Part shown: piece after piece, positions 28,558-39,733 of the stretch
How the letters are laid out: each line of letters opens with the position of its first letter
Position numbering within the stretch: position 1 is the first letter of the stretch
Notes under the pieces: generated by a model
Database searches by the model: none
What the model saw: the letters and a program-made list of their open reading frames with translations, nothing else
Told to the model about the DNA's origin: nothing
Position numbers and translations under genes: made by a program
DNA from: Rhodopila sp.
GTDB lineage: Bacteria; Pseudomonadota; Alphaproteobacteria; Acetobacterales; Acetobacteraceae
Assembly: GCF_965277165.1 (NCBI RefSeq)
Contig: NZ_CBDICE010000005.1
Span: forward strand, 344,443-408,442
Direction of reading: 5' to 3'
DNA: 64,000 nucleotides

Positions 28558-31434
28558 ATGGATCTCCCCAGCCTGGACGCCGCGGCCGAACTGGCACTGC
28601 TCGAGGACAACGACGGCTTCGTCCGCCGCCACATTGGACCGTCCGAGACCGAACTCACCGCCATGCTACACCGCATCGGCGCCGCTACGCTGGACGATGT
28701 CGCCGGCAAGACGGTGCCCGCCTCGATCCGCTCCAACGCCGCCCTGGACCTGCCGGCGGCGATCGACGAAGCCGCCACGATCGCCGAACTCCGGGACCTG
28801 GCCGGGCAGAACGCCACCACCAAGAGCCTGCTGGGAATGGGCTACCACGGCACCGTCACGCCCCCAGTCATCCTGCGCAACGTGCTGGAAAACCCCGGCT
28901 GGTACACCGCCTACACCCCCTATCAGGCCGAAATCGCCCAGGGGCGCCTGGAAGCCCTGCTGAACTTTCAGACAATGATCTGCGAACTCACCGGCATGCA
29001 GATCGCCAACGCCTCACTGCTGGATGAGGCCACCGCCGCGTCCGAGGCGATGGCGATGGCCCACGCCCTCGGCAAAACCCGATCCAACGTGATCGCCGTC
29101 GCCACCGACGTGCACCCCCAGACCCTCGCCGTACTCGCCACCCGAGCCCGGCCGCTCGGCATCAAACTGCATTCGGTCGCACCCGGAGACATCGCCGCGA
29201 CCGGCGCCGTCCATCCGTTCGCGCTGCTGCTGCAATATCCCGGAACCAGCGGTGCCCTGCGCGACCTGTCGGAAGAAATCGCCGCCGCGCAGGCAGCCGG
29301 TGCGCTGGCCATCGTCGCCACCGATCCGCTCGCCCTCGCCCTGTTGACCCCGCCGGGCGAGATGGGCGCCGACATCGTGGTCGGTTCGGCGCAGCGTTTC
29401 GGCGTCCCGGTCGGCTTCGGCGGCCCGCACGCCGGCTTCTTCGCCACTCGGGAGAACTTCAAGCGCACCATGCCGGGACGCCTCGTCGGCGTCTCGCTCG
29501 ACGCCGCCGGCCACCCCGCCATGCGCCTGGCGCTACAAACCCGCGAGCAGCACATCAGGCGCGAGAAAGCCACCTCCAACATCTGCACCGCGCAGGTCCT
29601 GCTGGCGGTCATCGCCGGCTTCTACGCCGTCTGGCACGGCCCGGACGGCCTGCGCCGAATCGCCCGCCGGGTCTCCTTGCAGGCGCGCATGCTGGCCGAC
29701 GCGGCGATCCGAGCCGGACTGCGTCTGCGCCACGACGCGTTCTTCGATACCATCGTCATCGAGACCACCGACGACCTGATCACCCGCGCCGCCGCCGCCG
29801 GCTATAACCTGCGCCGCGTTGACGACACCGGCGTCGCCATCGCACTGGATGAAACCGTCACGCGCGACGACCTCCTCGCCCTCGCCCGGCTGCTCGGAGC
29901 CGACCTTGGGGGCGCCGTCGCCGCGATTCCGCCGATGGTGCTGCGCGGCACCGACTTCCTGGGACAATCGGTGTTCAGCCAGCACCACGCCGAACACGAG
30001 ATGCTGCGCTACCTCAAACGCCTGGAAGACAAGGACATAGCGCTGAACCGCAGCATGATTCCGCTAGGCTCCTGCACCATGAAACTGAACGCCACGGCCG
30101 AGATGATCGCCGTCACGCTGCCCGGCTTCGCCGACATCCATCCGTTCGCGCCGCCCGACCAGACCACCGGCTATCTGACCCTGATCCGCCGCCTGGAATC
30201 CTGGCTCTGCGCCGCCACCGGCTTCGCAGCGGTCTCGCTGCAGCCCAACGCCGGCTCGCAAGGCGAGTACGCCGGGTTGCTGGTGATCCGCGCCTGGCAC
30301 CAGTCGCGCGATCAGGGCCATCGCAACGTCTGCCTGATCCCATCCTCGGCGCACGGCACCAACCCCGCCAGCGCCGCGATGGCCGGAATGCAAGTGGTCG
30401 TCGTCGGCTGCGATCGCGACGGCAACGTCGATCTGTCGGACCTGCGCGCCAAGGCGGCGAAACACGCCGACCGGCTGGCGGCGCTGATGATCACCTACCC
30501 ATCGACCCACGGCGTGTTCGAGGCCGGCATCCGCGACATCTGCGCCGCGATCCACCAACACGGCGGCCAGGTCTACATGGACGGCGCCAACATGAATGCG
30601 CAGGTCGGACTGACTTCGCCCGCCTCGATCGGCGCCGATGTCTGCCATCTTAACCTGCACAAGACGTTCTGTATCCCGCACGGCGGCGGCGGCCCAGGCG
30701 TCGGCCCGATCGGAGTGGCCGCACATCTCGCCGGCCTGCTGCCGAATCACCCCTTGCGCGACGACGCCGGCCCGGCAACCGGCATCGGCCCGGTCTCCGC
30801 CGCCCCGTTCGGCAGCGCGCTCATCCTGCCGATCGCCTACGCCTACATCCGCATGATGGGACCGGCCGGGCTCAAGCGGGCCACCGAGGTCGCCATCCTG
30901 TCGGCCAACTACATCGCCGGCCGTCTGCGCGGCGCCTATCCGATCCTCTATGCCGGCCCCGACGGCATGGTGGCGCATGAATGCATCATCGACTGCCGCG
31001 GCTTCGCCGCTGAGGCCTCCATCCAGGTCGAGGACATCGCCAAGCGCCTTCAGGATTATGGCTTCCATGCCCCGACCATGTCCTGGCCGGTCGCCGGCAC
31101 GTTGATGATCGAGCCCACCGAAAGCGAGTCGAAAGCCGAGATCGACCGTTTCTGCGACGCCATGATCGCGATCCGGGCCGAGATCGCAGCCATCGCCGCC
31201 GGCAAGCTCGATCGTGCCGATAACCCATTGAAACACGCGCCCCACACCGCCGCCGAAGTCATGGCGGAGGTCTGGACACACGCCTATACGCGGACCCAGG
31301 CTGCCTTTCCGTTGCCGTGGCTCGTCGCGTCAAAATACTGGCCGCCGGTCAAGCGCGTCGACAACGTCTATGGCGACCGCAACCTGATTTGCACCTGTGC
31401 CCCGCTTCAGGCCTATGCCGCCGCTGCGGAGTAG
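28558..31434 (+). CDS. gcvP: Glycine dehydrogenase (decarboxylating), single-chain P protein
   Basis: The 958-aa protein has family blocks ([20 protein letters not shown], the PLP-Lys region [19 protein letters not shown]). Confidence 0.95.
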   Translation: MDLPSLDAAAELALLEDNDGFVRRHIGPSETELTAMLHRIGAATLDDVAGKTVPASIRSNAALDLPAAIDEAATIAELRDLAGQNATTKSLLGMGYHGTVTPPVILRNVLENPGWYTAYTPYQAEIAQGRLEALLNFQTMICELTGMQIANASLLDEATAASEAMAMAHALGKTRSNVIAVATDVHPQTLAVLATRARPLGIKLHSVAPGDIAATGAVHPFALLLQYPGTSGALRDLSEEIAAAQAAGALAIVATDPLALALLTPPGEMGADIVVGSAQRFGVPVGFGGPHAGFFATRENFKRTMPGRLVGVSLDAAGHPAMRLALQTREQHIRREKATSNICTAQVLLAVIAGFYAVWHGPDGLRRIARRVSLQARMLADAAIRAGLRLRHDAFFDTIVIETTDDLITRAAAAGYNLRRVDDTGVAIALDETVTRDDLLALARLLGADLGGAVAAIPPMVLRGTDFLGQSVFSQHHAEHEMLRYLKRLEDKDIALNRSMIPLGSCTMKLNATAEMIAVTLPGFADIHPFAPPDQTTGYLTLIRRLESWLCAATGFAAVSLQPNAGSQGEYAGLLVIRAWHQSRDQGHRNVCLIPSSAHGTNPASAAMAGMQVVVVGCDRDGNVDLSDLRAKAAKHADRLAALMITYPSTHGVFEAGIRDICAAIHQHGGQVYMDGANMNAQVGLTSPASIGADVCHLNLHKTFCIPHGGGGPGVGPIGVAAHLAGLLPNHPLRDDAGPATGIGPVSAAPFGSALILPIAYAYIRMMGPAGLKRATEVAILSANYIAGRLRGAYPILYAGPDGMVAHECIIDCRGFAAEASIQVEDIAKRLQDYGFHAPTMSWPVAGTLMIEPTESESKAEIDRFCDAMIAIRAEIAAIAAGKLDRADNPLKHAPHTAAEVMAEVWTHAYTRTQAAFPLPWLVASKYWPPVKRVDNVYGDRNLICTCAPLQAYAAAAE

Positions 31435-31606
31435 GGTCAGCCTTCCACGATGTCAGCCGAAGGAAGTTCGACGTCGGCGTAGATCGCCGAAAGCGGTATC
31501 CGGGCGTTGACCTCGGGCATCGCCAGGTCGGCGTCTCCGGTCAGCACAGTTACGGTCCAAGTGTCGCCTTGCTTCAGATAGACCGTCGCCGCGTTGCGCC
31601 CGCCGC

Positions 31607-32470
31607 TCAGGTATCCGCCAACGCCACAAGTATCGCGTCCCGCCCCGAAATATCGCCAGCCCGATGCACCGGCTGGATCGCCACGTGCGTCGCCCCGGCA
31701 GCGAAATGCGCGCGCAGCCCGGATTTGACCTGCTCCGCGCTGCCCCAAAGCACCATCGCATCAATGAACGCGTCCGATCCGCCGTTCGACAGATCAGCCT
31801 CGGTGAAGCCCATGCCCAGCCAGGAATTACGGTAGTTGTCGAGCACCAGGTAGCGCGAAAGCTCCTCCCTGCCCAACGCCCGCGCCCTGATCGGGTCGGT
31901 CTCGATCGTCACCTTCTGCTCGATCGCCAGCCACCTGTCGGGACCCAGGATTTTCGCCGCCTCGGCTGTATGTTTTGGGGTGGTATTATATGGCACCGCG
32001 CCGCGTGTCATCCGCCCGGCCAGCTTCAGCATCAGCGGCCCCAGCGCAGCGATACAGATCGGGAAATCGTCAGCACCCGCCTCGCCCTTCTTGATCGCCT
32101 CCAGGTACGACCGCATCGCCGGCACCGGCTTCTGATACACATGCCCGCGGACACCTTCGACCATCGGCACATGGCTGACCCCCAGCCCGAGGATGAAACG
32201 GTCCCCATACAACTGGTTCAGACTGATCATCCCACGCTGCGAAGTGAACGCATCGCGCGCATAGATCGACGCGATCGAACTGCCAATCTTCAACCTCTCG
32301 CTCCGCGACAGCATATAGCCGGCCACCGTGAACGACTCGTAGCCGCGCGATTCGGGATACCAAAGCGTATCATAGCCGTGTTGCTCGACCGTCTTGACAA
32401 ACGCGGCGATCTGCTGCGCGCCGGCATGCTTGTCCGGGGAATACCAAACCCCAAGCCGCCCCAGTTTCAT
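31607..32470 (-). CDS. LLM-class (F420/flavin-dependent) oxidoreductase
   Basis: ATG 32470 follows GGGAAG. The N-terminus MKLGRLGVWYS is typical, with LLM blocks throughout. Confidence 0.8.
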   Translation of the reverse strand: MKLGRLGVWYSPDKHAGAQQIAAFVKTVEQHGYDTLWYPESRGYESFTVAGYMLSRSERLKIGSSIASIYARDAFTSQRGMISLNQLYGDRFILGLGVSHVPMVEGVRGHVYQKPVPAMRSYLEAIKKGEAGADDFPICIAALGPLMLKLAGRMTRGAVPYNTTPKHTAEAAKILGPDRWLAIEQKVTIETDPIRARALGREELSRYLVLDNYRNSWLGMGFTEADLSNGGSDAFIDAMVLWGSAEQVKSGLRAHFAAGATHVAIQPVHRAGDISGRDAILVALADT

Positions 32471-32484
32471 ATGCAACTTCCCAT

Positions 32485-33672
32485 TCAGATGATCCGCGCC
32501 GAACGAAATCCGAAGATTTCGGCCGCGCTGTAGCCAAGCTCGCCCAGCACCTCGTCATTGTGCTGACCGAACATCGGCGGCGGCCGGTCCACTCGCGGCC
32601 CATCATGACCGAATTTGAACGCCGCGACCGGCACGCTGAACGAACCCTCGATTCCCGGCGCGGCGTCCACCCGATGCAGCAGACCACGCGACGCCAGTTG
32701 CGGGTCCTGCAGCGCCTCCCCCATCGTCCGAACCCGAGACGCCGGTACGTGCCGCTGCTGCAGGTACTCCTCCCAATCGGCGGCCGTCCGCGCCAGCATG
32801 ATCTCGGCCAGGACCGAAGCCTCGCGCTGATGATCGGCGTCGCGTTCGTCGTTGCTGCGCTTGATCAATTCCGGCCGTTCCAGCACCGTCCACAGCCGTT
32901 TCTGCTGCCGCAGATTTGACGCCCCCAGCATCACCAGGCCGTCGGCCGTCTGGTACGCCATTGAGGTCGCGTGCGGCATACGGTTGCCCGACGGCCGCGG
33001 ATGCTTGCCGTTGCGCAGATAGCCGGTGACATGGCTCGCCATCAGCATCATCGCGACATCCAGCATCGCCATGTCGATCCGCTGCCCCTGCCCGGTGCGC
33101 TGGCGCTGGAACAAAGCCGCTGACAGTGCATAGGCACCCATCGTCCCGGTCGCGTAATCGATCGCCGGAGCACCGATCTTGATCGGATTGACCTCCGGCG
33201 TGCCGGTCATCGCCATGATGCCCGAGGTCGACTGGATGACATGGTCATAGGCGGTGCGCTGGCGCTTCGGTCCATCCTGTCCGAACGCCGAGAACGACGC
33301 ATAGATCAGTTTTGGATTGATCCCGCGCAGGTCCTCGTAACCCAGCCCCAACGCCTCGAACGCCCCCGGCCGATAGTTCTCCACCAGCACATCCGCCGTC
33401 GCCACCAGCCGTTTCAGGATCTCCCGCCCCGGCTCGGTTTTCAGGTTCAGCGTGATGGCGCGCTTGTTGGACCCCTGAGTGAGGAATCCGGTCCCCATCC
33501 CGGCATGATTCAAATCGTTGTCGGTGCCCGAATCACGACTCTGATCGGGCTCGTCGGGATGCTCCACCTTGATCACGTCGGCGCCCATCAGCCCAAGCTG
33601 ATAGGCGGCGAACGGGCCGGCTAGGACATGGGTGATGTCGATGATGCGGATGCCCTCGAATGGACGTGACAT
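32485..33672 (-). CDS. Family III CoA-transferase (CaiB/BaiF)
   Basis: ATG 33672 follows GGGAGCC. Family blocks are present (GIRIIDITHVLAGPFAAYQLGLMGADVIKVE, VENYRPG). Confidence 0.9.
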   Translation of the reverse strand: MSRPFEGIRIIDITHVLAGPFAAYQLGLMGADVIKVEHPDEPDQSRDSGTDNDLNHAGMGTGFLTQGSNKRAITLNLKTEPGREILKRLVATADVLVENYRPGAFEALGLGYEDLRGINPKLIYASFSAFGQDGPKRQRTAYDHVIQSTSGIMAMTGTPEVNPIKIGAPAIDYATGTMGAYALSAALFQRQRTGQGQRIDMAMLDVAMMLMASHVTGYLRNGKHPRPSGNRMPHATSMAYQTADGLVMLGASNLRQQKRLWTVLERPELIKRSNDERDADHQREASVLAEIMLARTAADWEEYLQQRHVPASRVRTMGEALQDPQLASRGLLHRVDAAPGIEGSFSVPVAAFKFGHDGPRVDRPPPMFGQHNDEVLGELGYSAAEIFGFRSARII

Positions 33673-33731
33673 CGTGGCTCCCTTCGATTGTGTTCCGCCG
33701 GAGCCTGCGAGCTTCGAAGTTTCACGTCAAT

Positions 33732-34058
33732 CTAGCCCTCGCGCGGTGCGAATAGGATCAGCGCGCTACCGGCCAGACAGACCGTCACACCAACCAGGTC
33801 CCAACGGTCCGGACGATGACCCTCGACCATCCACAGCCAGACCAGCGACATCAGGATGTAGATCCCACCATACGCGGCGTAGGCTCGGCCCGCCGCATCG
33901 GTGTCGATCAAGGTGAGCAGACAGGCAAACACCACCAAAGAGGCAACCCCGGGCACGATCAGCCAAGCCGGCCGCCCCAGACGCAACCACGCCCAAAAAG
34001 CGAAGCAGCCGGCGATTTCGGCCAGCGCCGCCGCAAGATAGACAAGAAATGCCACCAT
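33732..34058 (-). CDS. ynfA: YnfA-family (UPF0060) small membrane protein
   Basis: The 108-aa, four-TM protein has the motifs [12 protein letters not shown] and [11 protein letters not shown]. Confidence 0.85.
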   Translation of the reverse strand: MVAFLVYLAAALAEIAGCFAFWAWLRLGRPAWLIVPGVASLVVFACLLTLIDTDAAGRAYAAYGGIYILMSLVWLWMVEGHRPDRWDLVGVTVCLAGSALILFAPREG

Positions 34059-34064
34059 CCTGCA

Positions 34065-34940
34065 CTAGACCACGATCTCGCCGGGGGGCACATTCGGCGT
34101 CCCGGTTTCCAGCACGGTCACCACATCGCCTACCGCGATGCGGGCAGTCACCACATCGCCGACCGCGATGCGGGCAAAACTCTCGGGGATCATGTTCTGC
34201 CCGAACATCACCCCACCCGATGACCGGCGAAAGGTCCCCAGCGTGTGCAGTGGCTCGTGTGGATTTGGTCTTTCCCCGCTCTGTTGGTCAACGCTGGTCA
34301 CCACACAGCGACTGCATGACTTTGGCAGCCGAAACGCAACGTCTCCCACCCGCACTCGGCGCCAGCCATCCTCGACCCAGGCGCCGGCATGCTCGATCAC
34401 CAGGTTGGGCCGGAAGCGGTTCATTGGCACCGGTATCGCCAAATGGCGGTTAAGGTCTGCGAGTGAACCCATCGACGTTAGCAGCACCGGAAACCCGTCC
34501 GCAAAGCTGACGCGATCGTCCGGCTGTCCATACTCCGGGTCCACCGGCCGGGCATCTTCATTCGCCAGATACACCAACTGGCATGACCGACCCAGCACCG
34601 TTTGCAGCCAGTCTGTCGCCACGCGATGCGCCCGGATGGCAGTCACCGTGCTGCGCCACACGGTGACTGATATCGATTCGGAGTCAATTGCCGACGGTTG
34701 CGCGACAAACATCCCCACGTCGCTTTGGGTCCGCAGAACCAGACCATCCTCAACCAGCTCGGCGGAAATCGTCGCCATCACCGGCAATTCTCTCTGCGAG
34801 ATGAAGCGACCGTCTGGGTCCACCACCATCCAGCGCCGATCGCCCGCGAACCCGCAGCGTTCGACCTCGATCGCCGGCACCGGTTGACCCCGCAGTCCCT
34901 TGACCGGGTAACGCCACAACGCGGCGACACGAATGTTCAT
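34065..34940 (-). CDS. MOSC-domain protein (MOSC N-terminal beta-barrel plus MOSC)
   Basis: YPVKGLRG begins the N-domain. The C-terminal MOSC block reads RFRPNLV...CSRCVVTSVDQ and includes the conserved Cys. Confidence 0.88.
   Translation of the reverse strand: MNIRVAALWRYPVKGLRGQPVPAIEVERCGFAGDRRWMVVDPDGRFISQRELPVMATISAELVEDGLVLRTQSDVGMFVAQPSAIDSESISVTVWRSTVTAIRAHRVATDWLQTVLGRSCQLVYLANEDARPVDPEYGQPDDRVSFADGFPVLLTSMGSLADLNRHLAIPVPMNRFRPNLVIEHAGAWVEDGWRRVRVGDVAFRLPKSCSRCVVTSVDQQSGERPNPHEPLHTLGTFRRSSGGVMFGQNMIPESFARIAVGDVVTARIAVGDVVTVLETGTPNVPPGEIVV
34117..34176 (-). repeat. In-frame 30-bp tandem duplication at the 3' end of the MOSC gene
   Basis: Segment 34117-34146 is identical to 34147-34176 apart from one mismatch (34131 vs 34161). 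It encodes ARIAVGDVVT twice. Confidence 0.95.
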
Positions 34941-35042
34941 TCAGGCCTCAGGGCATGATCGCGGTGGGCGGAAACGTCCAAGGCGCGCGAATCGGCGACT
35001 TCAAACCAAAACCGACGTATCGCGCTTCAACGATGCGCCATA

Positions 35043-36443
35043 TTAGGCGACCTGGTGGCGCGCGTGAGCCAGATCAAGATCCTGCTGGATCTCAGCCAAG
35101 GCCTCCGGCTTGCGCCGCCGCACGCTCAGGATCCAACTGATGCCCGCCACCAGGTAGATCAGGAAAATATAGGGGAAATACACAACCGGCGCGGCTGGTA
35201 CCGGATAGACGCTGCCGACGGTCGGGATGACCAGCAGTGCCAGCGACGCCACGCAGATCACCACGTCCAGCGGACGACGTTGCGACAGCTTCGCCAGATA
35301 GGCGGGTGCGGCAAGGGTGATCAGGATATACGGCACAAGAAAGCCGAACGCGGCGAATGTGCCGACATAGTTGAAGATATCCAGTGGTGCCAGACCCCAC
35401 AGCAGGCCCAGCGCCGGCACCACGAAGGCGATCACCCCCATCACCGAGACAGCGATATGCGGCGTTGCGTTCACGTCGTGCGCGCCAGCAGTCGCCGGAT
35501 GGAACAGGCCGTGGCGTCCCATCGCGAAGATCAACCGGCCACCGGCATTGATGCAGGACAGGCACAACGCGAAGAAACTCACCATCGCCCCCAGTGACAG
35601 CGGGATCTGCAGCAGCGGCACATGCACCATCGCGGCCATTGCGTTGAGCGGCGCGTCCATCTGATCGAGCGGCGGCTTCGCCCCATGCGTCGCCTGCACC
35701 ATCACCTAGGTCACAAATACGAAGAACGCACCCGAGATCACCAGGCTGAGGATCACCGCGCGTGGAATGGTCCGCAGCGGATCGCGCGCCTCATCACCGA
35801 ACGCCGTGGCACACTCGAAACCCACCAGACTGAAGATCGCCACCACCACTCCAAGCCCAAGCCCTGAGAGCGGCAAGTTCGTGGTATCGAACTGCACGTG
35901 GTCGATCGCGAAGCTATGTTGCCACAAGCTGATGACGCACAACAAAAGGATCAGCGTCATGGAAATTCCTTCCATCGCCAGCATCAGCACCGCCGACACC
36001 TTGACGTCTTTCCAGGCGCAGAACCATGCCACCAGCACGCAGGCGGCGGCCAGCGCCAACAGCGGCACATGGATGCCAGCCATCTCGAACAGCTTTTCAG
36101 CGAAGATCGAGAACCCGGCGACGCCCGCCATCGAAATCCCGAGATATGCCCATATCAGCGACCAGCCACCGATCGCCCCCACGGTAAAGCCAAGCCCACG
36201 ACAAATGTAAGCATACATCGAACCCGCCGAGGTCGAGCGGCGGGCAAATTGATTGAGGTTCAGCGCCACGAACAACAGCATCACCGTGCCGAGTGCGTAT
36301 GACAGCCAACTCCAGTCACCGGTGTTTCCATACATCACAGGAATGATCAACGCAGCGGTCATTGTCGGCGAAATCAGCGCGATGCCTTGAGCCAGCAATT
36401 CAATGAAACCCAGGCAGTTGTTCCTTAAAGTGCCCTGCGACAT
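35043..36443 (-). pseudogene. APC-superfamily amino-acid permease interrupted by a single in-frame TAG
   Basis: Track ORFs 35706..36530 and 35043..35705 are contiguous in the same frame. They are separated only by TAG (complement of 35706-35708). Together they give about 466 aa of uninterrupted 12-TM permease-like sequence starting at ATG 36443. Confidence 0.75.
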
Positions 36444-36657
36444 GACCAGAACCTTCAGCTTGACGTTACGCAAACGCTTTGGATTAGGCGCCAGCGTTTT
36501 CGCCTGGCCGTATGGCGCAGCGTCATGCAATCTTCATGCCCATTCAGACACGCAGAATGATGGGCATCTATTATCGGTTCGATATAAAAACAAGTCCGGC
36601 GCATTCGCCGACCCGGCTTAACATGCGAACCGGCTACAAAACCCAGGACGCCTCGCG

Positions 36658-38283
36658 CTAACGCCTAACCACCGGTGAGGCGATGCTCTCGATCATCACG
36701 TTTATCACCGCTGGCTTGCCGCTTGCCAACGATCGCTCGATCGCGGCCGACATGTCGCCGGCGGCGGTCACCAGTTCGCCATGCCCTCCCAGCGCCGTCG
36801 CCACCAGATCGTACCGCGTCGCGTTCAGCTCACATCCGTGCGCTCGGTTCGGCCCATAGTCCCGCACCTGCAAGTTGTGCTCGGCGTTCCACCGCCGGTC
36901 GGTCCCGACGACGGCAACGAGCGGCAGGTCGAGGCGCACAGCCGTCTCGATCTCCGCCATGTGGAACCCGAACGTGCCGTCGCCCATCACCGCGAACACC
37001 GGCGCCCGACGCTCCACCACGCGTGCGGCCACGGCCATCGGCAGCGACGAACCGATGGATCCAGCCACCCCGTTGATCATACGCCGGTCGTTGCGCAGCA
37101 TGGCCTGGCCCCACTGCGCGAACTCGCCACCGTCGCAGATCAGCACGCTGTCCGGATCGCCATCGAGATAACGCTGCAGGCTTGCGAACACCTGCGCCGG
37201 ATGCAGCATTCCCTGGGTTTTCGACACCAGGTGCACCCATTCCGCCGGCCGATCGTCGAAGCACGACCGAGCCTCTGCCAGCCAACCCGCATCGCTCCGC
37301 GCCCGTGCCCTGGCGATCAACGCTTCACCGGCCGGATAGGTATCCGCCACGCAGCCGAACGCCAGACCGCGACCCCGAGCCGCTCGTTGCAGAATCATGC
37401 CATCCGGATCGATGGCGATGAACCGGCAATCCGGCACGAACGGCAACCCGCCGAACTTCAAGGTGAAATCCAGCGCCTTCCCCAGCAGCACCACCAGATC
37501 GGCCTGCTCGGCCACCTTGGCGTAAGCTCCCAGGCTGGCGTCGTTAAACCCGCGCGGCCCCTCGCTGAGACAGGCCGGAACCCCCAGCGCCCGCTCGATC
37601 CGGCGCAACAAGTCACGCCCGGAACGAGTTGCCAGCACCGGCGCACCGATCACCAGCGGCCGCTTCGCCGCCGCCAACAGCGCCAGCACCGCGTCCGCCG
37701 CCGCGTCGTCCAGCGGCAGCGCCGGCGCGGCGAAATCGGCCGCGTCGGGCCACACCACCGCATCCTCCGCCACTGAGGCGTCCAGCACATCCGAAGGCAA
37801 GCTCAGATGCACCGGCCCCGGCCGCCCCGAACGCGCCAGCCGCAGCGCCCGCGCCACCTCCACCCCCACCGTCGCGGTATCGCTCGCCAGCCACGCCGCC
37901 TTGCAGACCGGAGCAGCCATATCCACTTGGCGCAGCTCTTGAAAACCGCCATGGCCAAGCTGATCGGTCTCGGTGTGCCCGGACAGCAGCACCATCGGGG
38001 TCTCCTGCCCCAGCGCGGTGAACAGCGCCCCCACCGCATTGGCATGACCCGGACCGCCGGTTGCCCAGGCGATCCCCGGACGTCCTGTCAGACGTCCATA
38101 CGCATCGGCCATGTGTACCGCCGCCGCCTCATGCCGGACATGCAAGAGCGACAGCCTGGTTTCGATGGCGGCGTCAAACAGCGACATGATGTGGTTACCG
38201 GACAGCGTGAAAATGTGGCTGTGGCCGGCGCGCTCAAGCGTCCGCACGACAATATCGGCGCCGCGAAGTCTGGATGCCATCAA
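36658..38283 (-). CDS. Thiamine-diphosphate-dependent enzyme (acetolactate synthase large subunit / oxalyl-CoA decarboxylase-like)
   Basis: The 541-aa protein has an N-terminal Pyr domain (GADIVVRTLERAGHSHIFTLSGNH, GGPGHANA) and the C-terminal TPP motif GDGTFGFH...N. Confidence 0.88.
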   Translation of the reverse strand: MMASRLRGADIVVRTLERAGHSHIFTLSGNHIMSLFDAAIETRLSLLHVRHEAAAVHMADAYGRLTGRPGIAWATGGPGHANAVGALFTALGQETPMVLLSGHTETDQLGHGGFQELRQVDMAAPVCKAAWLASDTATVGVEVARALRLARSGRPGPVHLSLPSDVLDASVAEDAVVWPDAADFAAPALPLDDAAADAVLALLAAAKRPLVIGAPVLATRSGRDLLRRIERALGVPACLSEGPRGFNDASLGAYAKVAEQADLVVLLGKALDFTLKFGGLPFVPDCRFIAIDPDGMILQRAARGRGLAFGCVADTYPAGEALIARARARSDAGWLAEARSCFDDRPAEWVHLVSKTQGMLHPAQVFASLQRYLDGDPDSVLICDGGEFAQWGQAMLRNDRRMINGVAGSIGSSLPMAVAARVVERRAPVFAVMGDGTFGFHMAEIETAVRLDLPLVAVVGTDRRWNAEHNLQVRDYGPNRAHGCELNATRYDLVATALGGHGELVTAAGDMSAAIERSLASGKPAVINVMIESIASPVVRR

Positions 38284-38489
38284 GTAGTGATCCTTGCGAA
38301 TTGCGGCGCGGTCAAACCGGCGGTGTCACAGCCGTAGCCCGCCGTCGGTGGACGGGCAAAACCCGGCCATCGACCCGCGACCTAATATCCGATCGCAGAG
38401 AAGCGCGAGACGCGGAGCGCCCGCGATTCGGCGTGTAGATCAAATACTCAAATAAAGCGCGACGCATAACGCTTCACTGATGCGCGATA

Positions 38490-39401
38490 CTAGACCGGAT
38501 CCCACGGGTACACATCCCGCGTCCGCTCCAACGGAGTGAAGCTGTTCGTCACCGCCGGCAGCCAATGCTCCGCCAGCTTCTCCGGCGTCCAGCCATCCGG
38601 GCGCGCCATGATCCGGATCGGCCGCGGCTGATTGTACAGGTACACCTCGTTGCCCCGCACCCCGAAGATCTGCCCCGACACCCCCGACGCGGCGTCAGTG
38701 CCAAGAAACGCGATCAACTGTGCGATGTGGTCCGGCCGGGTTTTTGCCGCGCGCGCCTGAAGTTGCTCCTCGGTCTGCCCCGGCACGGTCTCGATCATCC
38801 GGCTGAAGGCGTGCGGCCCGATGCAGTTCGAGCGCACATGATACCGTTGCATATCCATGGCAATGTTGCGCGACAATCCGGCGATGCCCAGCTTGGCGGC
38901 ACCATAATTCACCTGCCCCACGCTGCCGATCAGACCCGATGTCGAGGTGATATGGGTATAGCACCCGCTCTCCTGCTTGCGGAAATGCGGGATCGCCGCG
39001 CGCGAGACATAGAACGCACCATAGAGGTGCACCTTGATCACCGCGTCCCATTCCTCAATCGACATATAGTGGAACATGCGGTCGCGCAGGATGCCGGCGT
39101 TGTTCACCACGATATCGATGCGACCGAAATGATCGATCGCATCCTGCACCATCCGCTGGGCATCGTCCCAACTCGCCACGCTGCCGCCGTTCGCCACCGC
39201 CCGGCCTTTGCCGTTGGCCTGCTCGATCTCGGCCACCACACGCTGCGCCGGACCGACATCCTGGCCCTCGCCGGTCACCGTGGCACCGACGTCGTTCACC
39301 ACAACCTTGGCGCCGTTCGCCGCCAGTGCGATCGCGGTTGCCCGTCCGATGCCGCCTCCGGCGCCCGTCACCACCGCGACCTTGCCGTCAAGCATTCCCA
39401 T
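38490..39401 (-). CDS. Short-chain dehydrogenase/reductase (SDR)
   Basis: ATG 39401 follows GGAGGAAACC. TGAGGGIG cofactor motif, NNAG, and catalytic Y-x3-K (YGAAK). Confidence 0.9.
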   Translation of the reverse strand: MGMLDGKVAVVTGAGGGIGRATAIALAANGAKVVVNDVGATVTGEGQDVGPAQRVVAEIEQANGKGRAVANGGSVASWDDAQRMVQDAIDHFGRIDIVVNNAGILRDRMFHYMSIEEWDAVIKVHLYGAFYVSRAAIPHFRKQESGCYTHITSTSGLIGSVGQVNYGAAKLGIAGLSRNIAMDMQRYHVRSNCIGPHAFSRMIETVPGQTEEQLQARAAKTRPDHIAQLIAFLGTDAASGVSGQIFGVRGNEVYLYNQPRPIRIMARPDGWTPEKLAEHWLPAVTNSFTPLERTRDVYPWDPV

Positions 39402-39733
39402 TGGTTTCCTCCTTCAAAATCGACCGGGACACCATGCGACAGAGCGCGACCCCTGTCATCCTCCGGCCGGGGACAAAGCAAGTCGACCGTCTGACTGACA
39501 AGCCGACACTCAGATGCATCGCAACAGCAAATCGCAACTCATCGCAGCAATTGATCTCATTCTGGGCATTAATTGCCTAGTAATTGTTCGATTAGACGCG
39601 GCACCGACGGGTTAAGCAAATTTTGCGAGCATTTCGCCCCATGCTGCATTGCAGCGATTGTCGGTTCGCTCTAGGCTGCTCTGCACAATGAGCCAATCCT
39701 GACCCCGGAACCGGCGCAAGGAACACCCCGATC

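Noticed and set aside
31437-31748. A small minus-strand ORF lies downstream of gcvP. Its 3' part (31437-31606) falls in an otherwise unannotated 170-bp gap and reads like real protein (VYLKQGDTWTVTVLTGDADLAMPEVNARIPLSAIYADVELPSADIVEG).
   Set aside because: Its only long-ORF start lies inside the LLM oxidoreductase gene in another frame. I find no in-frame ATG/GTG/TTG after the LLM stop except a Met that would leave 27 aa. It may be a gene fragment, but I cannot support a CDS call.
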